Part shown: piece after piece, positions 23,871-37,900 of the stretch | How positions within the stretch are numbered: the stretch's first letter is position 1 | How the letters are laid out: the number at the start of each line of letters is the position of its first letter | Source of the DNA: Catajapyx aquilonaris | Lineage: Eukaryota | DNA: 64,000 bases | Direction of reading: 5' to 3' | Assembly: GCA_000934665.2 (NCBI GenBank) | Contig: KZ538903.1 | Location: 1-64,000 of the forward strand | Made by a program: the position numbers and the translations under genes | The notes under the pieces: generated by a model | The model's database searches: none | What the model was told of the DNA's origin: nothing | Seen by the model: only the letters and a program-made list of their open reading frames with translations

Positions 23871-26800
23871 TATAAAATAATGTAGTGGGGCAAATAAGAA
23901 TGATGCAGGCCTTTATCCTTACTCTTAGACAACCACACCCTTGTCGCACGAGCAGCATAACCTACAGGCGTGCGCTACTCAAGTCCCACGAATATCATGC
24001 CAGTTCTATAATCAGGAGATTATTTTGTTTCAAGTAGTTTGTGCGCGAAAGGCTATTGGTCCCACAGCAGATTTTCTCACAGGAAACAAATAGCAGAAGA
24101 TTGGTTTCATGTGTGACCAGGGCCTAATAAAGAAGCGTTGATTGCAAGCTGTCGTCTGCTCTCTGGGTGAAGAAGGGAGGGAAATACGGAGTGTCGACTG
24201 CAGTGATAACACCTTTGAGGTAACTAATGGAAACGAGTCTAAATATAACAGGGAATGTGACATATTTCAGTCTTCCATTCCAGCTACAAGTTGCCCTATT
24301 CCTACTGAGTGACATATGATACCATGCGTCCATATCGACATTCACAGCGGCATATAATTGAGGACAGTTTTTAAAATACGGCTGAGAGCCTAGGGTTACC
24401 TGACTCTTTGGTATACAAAATAATATGAGTTAGTCACAACTCCATCATAAAGAAAAAGCGGAACATGGAAAATGGCCCTTTCCTCCATGCCCATCTCTAT
24501 TTATTAAAGGGGGAATAAAAATTTAGCCATCGTATCGACTTTCCTGAGAGCCAAGAAAACAATTGAAAACATTTTAAATTATGCGACAGTTGTAACAAAT
24601 ATACAGTAACGGCTCGAACTAACCGTAAAATCCTTTACAAAATCAAATTCATAGACGTCACATGACAAATAATATTACGTAGCAATTATTCAAGTACTGT
24701 ATACACCAAAAGGTGCTTATTTATCTCTCTTTTTTTATAATTCTTGCACTACACGCGCCGCCTCATTTGAAAATCTGCCCATTGGTCATTTATGCGACCA
24801 GACTGGAAAACTCTCAATATTTGACTAATACCTCTTCTTGCAAAAAAAAAAGAGGGGTAAGGGTCCTCCCTCATTGTGCCAACCCTATTTCAGAGGAAAA
24901 GTTTGGACCGCGTGTGTGAAGCCAAGCGCAACTAGACAGTCCTTGTAGGGTTGGGTAGGATGGGGAGTAGGAGGTAGAGGGGGGATGTAGAGAGAGAGGG
25001 GGGAGAGAGAGAGAGAAAATGGATTTGGACAGTAACAACTTTCTGGAAGGGAACAAAATCACCTTTTCCATTCGAAGCCGGAGCACGCAAGGGGAACGTA
25101 TAGAGAACAGCAAATGCCCTTGTCGATTATTTGAGGGTTTGTATTTCGTCGCCTAACGAGGCCAGGGGGACGAAGCTATACTAGTAGCGCGTGGCGAATT
25201 GTGTACACTTTCAACCAACTAAAAAAAAAAGTTCTGAAAAAAAAAATCTGGTAAGTACAGGGCGGGGCATCGACACTAGTGCGATTTTATTTCCTGGTCC
25301 ACGCCCTACCTCTGATATAATGCGAGGAAGAAGTGAACTGCATCCAGATATATACAGGGCACAGCGGAGTAATTTCCAGCACGACTTGGTTGGGAGCCAA
25401 TTCCGAAGCTAAGAGAGAGAAAGAGAGAGGAATCTTCCAGAGAAGTCGTTCTGCTACGAGCCGCCCGACTAGATGGAGATGGGATCAGAAGTGGCATAAA
25501 ACTCGATAATCCTCAACATTTTCCGTGCTACCTTTCAAAGGAATCCTCTTGGTTTCTTTCCAAACGGCGTGATCTGACTTCGAAAAGATCGTTTCCGCCC
25601 CTCCAGAAGAAAGAGAAAAAAAAGTCAGTTTGCTCATTTACGAGTGATGTAAATACTTTTTCTTATTTTCGGATATACAAGGGGGAATAGATCGAATTCG
25701 AGGCAGTTAAGTTTCTAACATTGTTTCTCTCATGGTGAGACACTCTGGAGTGGTTTACGTGAGCCTAAAAATACTCCTCATGTAGTTTATTGACAGGAAT
25801 GCGACCATATGGGACCTTCGAAACGCACTTGATAATACAAATTACAGTATTATTATTCGGGTGAACTAATTAAATTAAATGTAATAACATCTTACAATAT
25901 TATCTTCTTCGCCGTATTTTATTTATTTAATATGCTAATACGCAGAAACGTCAGCTAATAATTCATGTACCGGTACACTTATTATGAAGAACGCATTGGG
26001 TGTCATGACTGCTGTAGCTATTGTCAATAGTACATAGGTTTATGCCTAGTAAGGTATTAGTGTATATGTGTATTTTATGACATTATTGTAAATGTAAATT
26101 TTAAATTTTCTTGATGCTTTCCGCAAAACTCGTTTTACTCCCATTGATTTGTTCCTTTAAAGTCCAAAGAAATGTAGGCGATAAAGGTAGCACGAATTCG
26201 TACAGTGCAAAAATACGTATCTGAAGCCTATAGCAGAACAGCATAATTACCGGATGAAAATATGAAATAAAACTAGAGGGCCAAATCTGTCACGCGTGAA
26301 ATATTTAGTCTCATAAACAGTTCCGCATGATATTCCGCTACCATTCTCATTTCCCTATCCGTTTTAAATGCCAACCAAACGGCACATTTACACAGGCCAC
26401 GTTGCCAATCCCGAACGTACGGTATAAAAAGGAGAACGAGGGATGGGGAAGGACGAAGAAAGGAGACGAGGCTGGTGGCTGGTGGAGGGGTCGGAAAAGC
26501 GGGAATTGGAATATTTAGAGCTCCAAGGCACACAACCTGGCAGAATAAACGGTAGGAAGTACAGCCAATTGCTTTAACTAGTGGAAGTCTCAAGTAGCAG
26601 TACTCGTCTTAATGGGGGCAGCAAGGGCGCTACATCCAAAGACGTGGAAGTGGTCGCTATCTCCCCCATCACCCCTCCCTTTAAAGCCTTTCCCCACTCC
26701 CTCCCTCTCCCTTCCGACTGCCAATTCATTCCTATCACACACAGCTAGATTCTGAGCCTGGGTCGGGGTCAAAGACAAAGCTTCATGGAAGGTAGTGTAG

Positions 26801-27709
26801 GCATGCACTATGAGCTTGACCAACATAGCATTGTCAACATGGGAACGTTTGCGCCTCGACCACTCACTCCGGTTGAGGCTACTGTTCAAATCGTCTCTTG
26901 CAGCCATTTTGCAATTACATCGTGCACAACTCCCCACTCTAACCCTACCCACCACCCACTCACTCTCACACATTTTCTACACTCCCAGACTGCCCTCCCC
27001 AATGAAGTCTCTGTTTGAAGTGCAGTGTTCTGGATCATATCCACTCAGCGATGTATCTATAAGCATATAAATTGGTTTAGAAATGGCGATTTATGCAATT
27101 TATACAGCTATAAGCTATATACAGCGGAGACACCCAGTAGAGCCATTCCCTAAGTGCTCGAGACAATTACAAGGAAATGAGAGTAATATTTGGAGCCCGT
27201 CGAGTTCAGCGTAGCATGTAATATGTAGCTTGTGCCATACGGGTTTTTAAAGCATTGATTAAGCCACGACAGTGTTATAAAATAATAGCCCTAATACCTG
27301 AGAAGTTGATACTTATTGCTGTAGATTTGAAAGGGAGCATCAGACAAAAATACGCGCGCTGTATAAGTGTGGGATGGCAGGAAAATATTATCTTTACATC
27401 ACTTCGGTATCTCCCGCATGTTCACAACCTTTTGCCACGCCTCTGGACTTGGTGAACATTTTTCTCTTAGGGTGTCCTGCCTGACGACACAACAGCCTCC
27501 CATACTTGTACCCTAATGCCGTTAATGTGTTAATTTCCTCCTAATCGCCTTACCACACAACCTACTACTAGTACCAGCACTAGACACAATCAGGTGTAGC
27601 ACAATGAGAGATGATAGTGTTTTCCGAACTCTGCATCCATCCCTACACTACGTATAACATACCGGTATCTCTAACAGATTCTCGGATTGCGCCAAAGTGC
27701 CCTCTAACG

Positions 27710-27734
27710 TACGAAGGACGTTCAAAAGGTTTTC
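27710..27734. mobile_element. Isolated mariner-type TIR remnant
   Basis: TACGAAGGACGTTCAAAAGGTTT resembles the TA-CGAGGGGCGTTCAA.AAGT ends common in mariner-type elements. No partner end was found. Confidence 0.3.
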
Positions 27735-27794
27735 TTAACACGACCATGAATCAATTAACCTTTTTTCCGCCTGTAAAACGTGCTCTAACACAAT

Positions 27795-28136
27795 CAGGCG
27801 CGGATCCGGGGGGGGGGGGGCAATCGGGCNNNNNNNNNNNNNNNNNNNNNNNNNNNNNNNNNNNNNNNNNNNNNNNNNNNNNNNNNNNNNNNNNNNNNNN
27901 NNNNNNNNNNNNNNNNNNNNNNNNNNNNNNNNNNNNNNNNNNNNNNNNNNNNNNNNNNNNNNNNNNNNNNNNNNNNNNNNNNNNNNNNNNNNNNNNNNNN
28001 NNNNNNNNNNNNNNNNNNNNNNNNNNNNNNNNNNNNNNNNNNNNNNNNNNNNNNNNNNNNNNNNNNNNNNNNNNNNNNNNNNNNGTCCCTTTTCCCCCCC
28101 CCCCCCCCCCTGAAGAAACTTCTGGATCCGCCACTG
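27795..28136. mobile_element. MITE with 8-bp TSD (hAT-like); interior mostly an assembly gap
   Basis: Ends CAGGCGCGGATCC and GGATCCGCCACTG with inner G and C tracts. Exact 8-bp TSD aacacaat at 27787-27794 and 28137-28144. N run at 27830-28084. Confidence 0.88.
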
Positions 28137-30989
28137 AACACAATTGCATAAAAATTCCATACGGTATGTGTAAAGAGCTGTACAAGTGTGAAGATGAGAA
28201 ACTCTGATGTTCCAAAGAGTGTGTCTGGCTTTCTGTTCATGACGCATTTAAATACAAGTACTTTACAAACAAACAAATAATCACCACATTTTCCTATAAA
28301 CGGGGTTGTCACTTGTCAGCGATGTAGGAGACCCAAGTCAAATGATTTCAAACGCTTAAAAACATCACATCCATAAATACACTACAATCGTGAACTATAA
28401 CCAATTAATTTTTATTCTAACCCCTCATAGCTACAACTACTGAACAATGCCAGGCGACAAGCTTGCAACGGGAAAAGCTTTGATCATATCGCGTTATTTT
28501 TGCCTCAAAGCGTGTTTTCCTCAAATGCGCCTCCCTAGGTATGACTATTGATATGAATATTATTGAGGGCCTCGTAGAAAAAACGGAATTGGGAATCATT
28601 AACAGAGTGACATGTTTGCCTCTGCAGGTGGAGTGATCGAATTGGCGTGGAGGTGGAGAAATAATGAGAGAAGTTATTGGATGGCCGGCAATATGTCGTT
28701 GGTCGATTTTTCTTGGTGGACACACAAGACTTAACAATCGTGGCCGTTTTCTATAGCGCCAATGCTACTAGTGGAAAAATAAACTTCCGCAGGTGAATTT
28801 AAAGTAATAAGTGCCCAGTGCGGACTTACCGGTATATCTAGAATGTGTGTGTAAAAATAGTTCAGTGGGTAGTCGCAATTGTAATTTACATTCATGATAC
28901 AGCCACAGACGTTCTTAAAAATCAATAACAAACCAACTTATTATGTGGGTTATTACAAGCGCGTGTTGGGATGAGTAAATACTGTAATTTGTTATTCAAC
29001 TTTGCCTTACAGTGCACCAGTGCTACAGTCTCTCGCAAACAGTTCTCTCATGATGCCTCTTTCAATGCCGTACCTTTTAGCAGTCATAATGGCATTAATG
29101 ATGCAATGAAATTACCAATTCCAGTACAGTACAAGTTCTTTTAGGCCTATATACTATCCTGCAAGTTGCAGTGACAGAGTGTGTCAACACAATTTAGCGC
29201 TTCTTTTGTAATCATCAGGCATACCCCGTCATGGAATACAGGCTCCATAATGAACTCTTTGACAACGCGATCTCAATTCGTAAAACGTACGTCCCTGATA
29301 GATCGGAAGCGAAACCTTTGACCCAACCGCCGTGACCATATCCGGCCCTAGCTCTCCCAACAGGGATTCGCCTCACCCCCTCCATCCATCCCCCCGGCAC
29401 TTCTCCAGAATCCGGAAGGCAACCCGCGGCGCGGTTCCCACAGCGCTTCTGCTGCGGCCACGTCTTAATTAATTTGGCTACTGCCAATCAGGTTGGCGGC
29501 CAGAGGGGCGGGCGCATTTGGGCCCCTGACCTGACGTGCCCTGGCTACCCGCACACCCCTCACCCGCTCCCCAACTTGCAAAATCCTTCACCCTCCCTCT
29601 CCCCCTCCACTAACACTAACCTGTCCCCCCACCTCATGGTGAGGACAAGGCGGCCTAATGAGGCCATCAGGCGGAACCTAATTAAACCTATCATCCTCTC
29701 GTGTCAGGGTTGCCTTCGCCAAGATCCGAGGAACTTAGCCCACCCCCACCCTCTCTTCCTATCCATGCAAACCCTCACCTACCCCACTTTCCCTGCCAAC
29801 CCACCCACCATGCACAACCCATCAGCCACGCGTAATTGATAACCGGGGGTTTCATAACCGGGCGCTTGTTCCGCTCCTGCCTTCGCCTCTCTAACTCAAT
29901 TATGCTGGTATTATTGAAAGGGAAATTAGGCAAAGATAACGTGGGGAGGGCGGGTTAGATTAGGGGCTGTCCTCAAACCCTAACCCCCCACCTTCCCTCT
30001 CCCTCTTTCAAGCTACCACCTAGCTGAGCTTCAGCCTACCCTCACACACCCATCTTTAGTCTAACCTAACCACCCATCCCTCCAGTAGTTATCTCATCAC
30101 GCAGAATAATCCGATAGGCTTACAGCTTGTTGAACGCCGCACGCCCTTTGCCAGTGGGTGTGGGAGATGCTTGGTTTGATAGACAATCCCTCCCCCTTTG
30201 AACAAAAAATACCATCCAACCCCCCACCCCACCCCACCTTCGGGATTATACGGTAACTGCAATGCTGGCCTTTTTCCATTATCCGCTGCCCCAACGCCAT
30301 TCCTCAGCTGAGTCCTTTTTTTGTCGTCCTCTAACTTGACGTCCCCCATACCCTCCATCCTCTTCAGGCCCTTCATCCTCCCCACTCCTAACAATATGAA
30401 ATGTCCCGTCACACAAAACGCACCGACTAAATCACCAAGTCTGGCTGAGAAGATTGAAATCTCCGTTGCTGACAGGACCCCTCGCACATTTCCACTAAGA
30501 TGGAAGTCCGATTGACGGCCTGTTGCAAATTCCAGCCTAAATCCCCATCCACGACTCCATGCCCTCCAGTACATACTGCTACTTTAATTGCACAATATTC
30601 ATTTCAATAGTAATTAGCCACAAGGCATTCTCGCTCTACATTCACATTCGCTAGTCATCAGGAAACAGGGGAGCTATAGTAATTATACTTGAAAATTCTG
30701 TACTAGCTGATGATGTGAAGGAACTTGCAACAAAAACGTGAATGTTCCATTAACCAAATATTGTTTTCAACACTTTCGACACATGGCCCACTTGCCAAAT
30801 TTTGGACTGTACTGGTATTGAACTAAAATAGCCAATTCCTACTCTTGTCTTAGAAACATGGACTGATGGGCAGTGTTAACTTACAAGAAAAAGAAACAAC
30901 CCATACATATTGGAGTCCCTTGTGCCAGAGCAATCCACAGCCCCCACGTTTCTCCAGTATAGTGTTCCTCTACAGGCAAATCCCCTACT

Positions 30990-31807
30990 TCCTATACATC
31001 GAAGTCCTGCCGGCCCAAACACGTGGCCGGGCCAACCAATCAAGGGCAACTCGTCTCGATTTCACGCCTGGCGTCCCATTCCCCAAAAACTGCAACTGCA
31101 TCGAGCATGTCCATCCAAGAAGTGCACGTGGGTCCCCCCCCTTCAAGTGTTTCAGGTGGAAATAACCTTGCACCAGAGCGACACCCTCCATCTCTTCCTC
31201 CCTCCTTCCTCTCTCCCACTTCCCCTATGCCCCCCGTTACACCCCGCACACTCCCAGAGGCGCCTGCATGCGCCGCGATGCCGGCGCCGAGGCACCCCCA
31301 AAAACTCTCCGATGCAACCCCCAACAGTCGGCTGCTGGCAACCGGAGGCCTCGAACGCGCGGGAATCCTCCTCTTCCAACTTTCTCTAATTTTTTTTAGT
31401 ATTATCTAGTTGGCCAGCACAGTGACATACGCCAGTGGACATTTTTAACCCGGCTCTAAAAATCCGGGGGTACTCTCCCAGGGCGTTACGTGCGCGGCCT
31501 AGTTTGCACTAGATCGACGGGGCAAATAAAGGAGAATGAGACAAATGGGTGGATTACCCCTGTGAGGGTATATTATTTTTTTTAGGTGGAGTTAGGGGGC
31601 GGGGGGAATTTGGGGGTGACTAAGGGGGGTAGGGGGTGACATGGCAGATGGAGATGGGCATCCAGTTATGACAGACACAGGAGTATCGTCGCCTATCAGG
31701 ACGACTCTGCTAGATGCTGCTGGTGCTCCAGAGTGGGACTTAAAGTGGACTCCCATACCTGACTAACCCCGCAACAATTGGCAGCTGTGAACTTGTTTTG
31801 GGGGACA
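30990..31807 (+). promoter_or_regulatory. GC/CpG-rich putative promoter / 5'UTR region upstream of the candidate exon
   Basis: E-boxes CACGTG (about 31020 and 31125), CCAATCA (about 31035), CpG-rich sequence, a G-rich tract at about 31586-31640, and possible acceptor sites ending at 31399 and 31585. The transcription start cannot be determined from sequence. Confidence 0.4.
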
Positions 31808-31916
31808 ATGGCGCCTGTGACCTTAGGTCGTGCGAGCTCGACCCTGATCCCCGTGGTGCTGATCCTGGCCCGTCTCAGCCTGTCTGAGGCCGCCCATGCC
31901 GAAGCAGACATTCGAG
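31808..31916 (+). CDS. Candidate first coding exon encoding a signal peptide of a secreted or single-pass membrane protein (product unknown)
   Basis: ATG in a good context (ACAATGG) with an in-frame upstream stop at 31760. The peptide MAPVTLGRASSTLIPVVLILARLSLSEAAHAEADIR has a hydrophobic core and an A-x-A cleavage-like motif. It ends at a consensus donor GAG|GTGAGT, in phase 1 (109 nt). Confidence 0.62.
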
Positions 31917-34900
31917 GTGAGTGCTATAGGTATAGTTGGATAACAGCTTCGGGATTATTTAAATCGTGGTTCCCGTATACTTGGGAATCAATTTTGGATC
32001 CCTCAGCTGAGTCTTCGTCTGTGGACATAATTATTATTCTTTCGCCTCCCATCCTTCAAACAACGTCGCTGAAAAACCTAATTGCCAGGGCGAGTAATTA
32101 AAAAGTTTTGGTGTCATTTGGAAGTATTGAAATAGCTCCCGTTTACAAGCGGTGGGAATGTGAAGGAAGGAAAAGGGAAGGTTTGCCTAGCAAGAGAGAA
32201 GTACGTGGAGCTTCTTATTTATTTACATTAGCGCTTTCTAATTTAGATGGTGCTTGCTGCCGGAAGGGAAATAATTCCCTTCTTTCCGGTGCAATAAGCT
32301 TTGGTCGGAAACTGCCATTCTAGGTCCTTCCCAGCAGACTGTTTCAAGTCCTTAATATTTTTTAGGGAAGCACAGCTGGGAACACCGATGTGCGGGACTG
32401 TGCTGCACAAAACTTTTGAATAAAAGAATTCGAGCACGGAAAATGTGGCTTTAAAGCATCATACTGGTACATTGCGGGTGCACAAGAGAGAAACACGAAA
32501 TTAACAAGCATACCTCCCTTGCTGATCCAAATTCCCAGGCATATGCATTATTGAGTTTCCTCGGAGAAGTTTCACTTAAAAAGAAAACGCGCTCTTTATA
32601 TGGCCACTTAGCAGGAATACCCATTAGGCGTTTCCTCAAATGAAAATAATATAAAATGCGGGAGGCAGTTAACATTCGCGGAACTTTTCTCGGAATAAGG
32701 GACCGGGGAGGGATGTGAGCATCTGGTGGAAAATAAACGACCGATTTCCCTGCCTTTTTTAGGGGCATCGTCCTCTCTGATTTTTCTTCCTTCTTTTTTC
32801 CTTTGCGTACGTACCATCCGTCTGCAAGTCACATCCTCCATATTCAGGGAGTCGAAAATGGCATGGAAATGTATATTACTTCCAACAAAGTAGCGAGAGG
32901 CGGGGTGAAGCCACGAAATATCTAAGCATTCTAAGGGTTGGAAGTCCAGTCTGGCTTGTTTTTTTTTAAGTGAGCTTGTGCACATGTGACTCCGTCCCCC
33001 TTAAAGCCCTTAAAGTCAAATCGATGATCACTTTCAATGCAAATGTAGTGTACACTTGCAAGCAACTGAGACGCTCTGCCGATTGGCTCAACCCCGCCTC
33101 CGATTTGGTTCGGGTTCAGAAACCCTCCTCTTATATCTCTTCCTCTCTCTCACCTTACCTTTTCCACCCAGCCAGAATGCGGCGTAAAAGGAAGGAGGTC
33201 CTTTCCGCTTTACAGCAAGCTGGAAAACCGCCACTTCATTTTATTGCCGCTCCTCTCTCTGCTCTTTGAGTTAGCACTACTTGTGCCCCTTTCGATCTTA
33301 GGGAACCCTCAACAATTACCTTGCCTCGCACTTGACTACCACTTTTGCTATATGCTGGTATATCAAAAGAAGGAAAAATTTTAAAAGCACCATGGGCCTA
33401 ATCAACAATGGAGCACTAATCAGGAATAACTGGGGTGCGGAGAAAGAAGCAGGGTATAAAAATTTAAAAGAGGATGTATGAACAGGCAGCTTTAGTCAAA
33501 CGGCTACTGATTACAAGAGACTTGGCAGCCATTGTTCTGCTTTTCAATTTGAACGGTGTTTTATGTTCAGAGATAGACAGCTACGCATGGCACTTCCGAT
33601 GGGCTTATCGAGGTTGTACGCTGTTATGTTTTTTACCGCCAAATTTTATGGCAATCAGAGCACTAGGCAATGCTGTGAACTCCTCACCTGCTGGCTTTAT
33701 ACCAAATTTTATGCGTCACCTCTATTGTGTGATGTACGAATGGTAACACACACCTGCGAAAATAAACAGGACCTGTTTATCAACACAAAGCTTGGTAGGG
33801 AGGCAAGGGAAATACTGTATCACCGATTTATTAACATTTTAAAATCCTGTCATCAGCACGGCTGCATTTTGTTGCTACAAACTATTTTGTACCTGGTTAT
33901 TTTTACAATCCTACGTGCGTCAGCCAAGTGACACTCTGCCAATAGCATATATTCCTTCAAAATATTACAGTTTAGTTTGAAAATGCAGCCATCCTTATTC
34001 GATCCAACTCTATAAACCTACTAGGCAGTTCCAGTCCAGCATCAGGTTTCACGCCAAAATTGTATCCATAACGATGAATTATGAAATGTGGCTGGCCAGC
34101 GCTGCCCGGGTGAGCAGCAAAGATGTCGAGGTGAGTGTTCATCCAGAGCACTCGCAATTTATCTGACCAACTTAACCAATCCCATTTTCACGTGTAAAAT
34201 TAATTTGAGCACGAAATTCTCGCAGTCCCCTGCAATGTTAAACATATTTTGCCCCGTCATTGGCAATCAATTAGCATAACGAGAACAAGCCAGAGTGCAT
34301 TTTTAGTTGCAATGTGGTGCAACAATTTATGGCATTGTGCACTTTTCGACTCTTCAAACTAGAGCGTTGTAAAGAGCGTTCAGTGGAGTAAGTTTCTGCC
34401 CGCTGTTTATTTGAAACCCGTTTTTTCCCCTGAAATAATGTCGCCCTGCAGATAAATTATTTTAAATCGTCCAGTACCGGCACTTCCACGCTATATTTGA
34501 TAATGACCTGAACATTTAACCTGCAACGAGTGGACCCATCGCATCATCCAAATGCGTCAATGGTTAGCTCTCTGACCACGCATATTTTGCAAACAAATGC
34601 GACGATAGTTGAGTGCATGTGTCCCCAATTGATGAATCCGGTCGTCCCATTTAGAGCTAAACACAAGCCGTTTTCTCTTTCTTGATGGAAACATCTGAAA
34701 TCTTATCAGCTGCAGGAAATGAATGGAAAAGGTTGAGTAAAGGGCGTCGGACGCGAATAATCAAGCTTAGCTTTATAAGCTTACGTGATCAATGTGGTAA
34801 TTCGTTGCTTCAAAGCGCTTCTTAACGATCCATTTGAAGCGAGGAAAATGCCGGTGCTATTTCGCCACTGTTAATAATTGAGCAGCCCTGGGCTGCGGCC

Positions 34901-37900
34901 AAACATATTAGAAGCTGATTGCTCTTAATCTTTGCAGCCGAGCGAGTCAGTCGGTGCTGGTGAACAATGCTGGCTGGGATGAGCTAGAGATACATAAGAA
35001 CCAGAATCCAGGATGATTCCACGGCCGGCCTAAAACCAGCAAATCATTCCATTAGCCCACAGCGTAATTCCGGGGGAGTACAGGTCGTCAATTACTGACC
35101 GGTGTACACGCAAATTATCTCCTATTTACCAATTCCATCTGTAACAGCATTATACGGCTTAACACTCTCTGTTAATTCAATTGCTTATTTTATCCGGTGG
35201 CAAATTACCAAACATAAAATTCCAGTGGCCCCACTCTTGATGAAACGCGGTGGTGATGGAAGAGCAGGAGGCAGAAAACGGAGCTTCAATCGGTGTCAAC
35301 TCAACTTACCTTGTGTGCATAGGCTTGACGTTTATTAGAGCAACGCGAGATGCTCTAATCCCTGAAACAGGTGTCAGGAAAACAGGGGCCCTGGCGGACA
35401 CTGCCACGGGATTCCTCTAATTACCGGGCTCTGCGAATACATTATTTATAAGTTCCGTTTCCTACGTGCGCTACAATTTCAATTCTAAGCTCCTGGATCC
35501 AACTTCCGATTGCATGGCCCTATTATCAAGAGAAATGAGCAGGAAGGAAAGATAATGTTAAGCGACAAATCCTCGGGGTTTAATCTTTCAGACGAACAGG
35601 TACAGTACAATGGGTGTCCCCTTCAGTGATGCTGCATGTGCATGTGAGTAGGAGCAGCAGATTGCACCTGATGAGGACACTATCATCACCTTCATAAATC
35701 CAGAAACAATTTGCTCCCTAATCAGAAATGTGTGTGTTATTGCATTAGTCTGCGGAAGGTTCGCGATGCATTTCATGCCAAATGTAATGGTGGCTGCTAT
35801 TACTGGGTGTGCAGGCATACTACTGCTCGTGTTTTGTGCGAGCACCTTAATTGGCGCCAAAATTTCAAACTAAAGTAGTTAGACACGACATCTTGTGGTA
35901 ATATTTTTTTAATTAAGTGACTCTTAGATTGCTGATTTGTGTGACATTTTTGTTTCCTCGAGGCTATTATGTGATATGTCCAAATACAAGCAAGTGTGGA
36001 GCGTGGAGAGACGTCAGAGAGGCGAGTAGCGTGACGCCAGACAGAGTACAGACGACATCGTTTCCTGTCACACAATATGCATTTGGGACACGGTTTCCTG
36101 TTAATACTGTTGAACGTTTTCCAATGGAGACTTCATTGCATTAGCTGTTCCGCCTCCCCCTCTAATTTGACCTCCCTTCACGGCATTGTGCACACTTTCG
36201 TCACATTACCAACATGTGTAGTGCAGTACATTAACAACATTGGACTGCCGGCACTCCTCGCCGAAATCACTGCGACAAATTCAACCAACTTTTTCCCTGG
36301 CTGCATTGTATTCAAGAGGATGTGCTCACTTTGTTCCTAACTAGATTATCAATCGCTGAGAGCTAGTCAGCAAGCAATGTATTTCCAATCCCCCCTCCAA
36401 TCCCTGCGTTGTTACCTCTAATGCACCATTCAATTATTCTGCCCTCTCCAACCAGAAAAATAATAAAATAAACACACGGGCAGGGGGAAAGCCACTCCAA
36501 CGCTACATACCCAAGATTATGAAATAATATTTTTACTCATTACTTTGATTGCTATTTGGTTTGCACCCCAAGCTGGCTGGGGCAAGCCATGACAGACTTT
36601 GGATAAAACCCATATTACAAGAGTACCTGCGGTCTGCTGCACATCAATGCGGAACTTTGGTTACGTTTATCAAAAGAACGCACAATTGAAGAGTAGTGTG
36701 GTTTGAAAAGGCTGCAAATCCCGCCTCACTTTGTTTTACTGGATTGAAATGGAGAAAGTTTTGCAGGTTATATACAATGAGAAGCCAAGACGCGTGGTTG
36801 CAGTTGAAAGACACCGTACACCTATCTTTGATGTTTCGCTAGTCGTGTAACAAAAGGGTCAACGGAATGCTGCTAGAAAGTAGACAAAACTTTCGCAATA
36901 TCGTGAATTACTTCGGCTCCAGCGAAAGCGTCCCTTGTCCGCCAGCAGCCAAGCAATATGCTCTAAATTTCCCCGATGACTTCTTGACTCGATTCGGAGG
37001 CAATCACGAATGACATTTCCCAGAATTCTTTACGACAGCACAGATGCACTGTCTTACACGACGTACCAGTGACGCCCAAACTTCCCTTTTATTACCAATC
37101 TTTCGCCCTGTTGGACAAACTTTTTTGCGGATTTTTCTTCCGCTCATTTTCACCTGGGGACCAAATTGAATTGTCTTATTTTTTTGGTGCCCGTCTGTCC
37201 CACCCCCTATTCCCTATAGTCTAGCCGTCAATGTCGCGTGACTGTAGACACTTAGGATGTCGAGTTTGACGCCTCGAAGTATGGTGATCATAAAAAAAGG
37301 CCCGACTTCATCACCGGCACCGCGATGGAAAATGGCTCGCAATATTCATAAAATGCATCAGAGAATTTGCAATATCAAGAGGGGAGAGGATGGTGTTGTG
37401 GTTGTTGGGTGGTTCCATAGGGGGGTGGGGGTGTTAGTGGGAATGATGTCATAAGCTTCACATCCCGGCCTGCGGCTACAGCATACTCCTTTGTCACCAC
37501 ACACTATGCTTTAACAAGCCAACGATTTATGCGCATTATAAACAATTGTATCTGGCACGGCAGACATGTACCCCCCGCACACGAAATCCGCCACATTAAT
37601 GGGGGGCGGAGTTTTCACACCGCCCATGTAAAGTCCGGGCCTTTGCTTGTCAATCGATTAACTGCATGTTGGACCTAGCACATACCTCTTAAGAAGCACC
37701 CCAATTAAAATATCCTGGGGGATGGAGAGAGCGGGGGGAATTAATGATCCACATTTTTTCACTGGGAAAAGGTGTTGATAAAATAAAGAGCCTATTTACG
37801 CATTCCCCTCACCAGCCCTTCACCCATTCGCTGTTCTACTATGGAAATTTGGAGTAAAGTTTGATGTAGGCTGAATGTTTACCGAGCCGTGAGATGACGT

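Noticed and set aside
27611..28312. Longest ORFs in the track (154-198 aa)
   Set aside because: Artefacts of reading through the N gap at 27830-28084.
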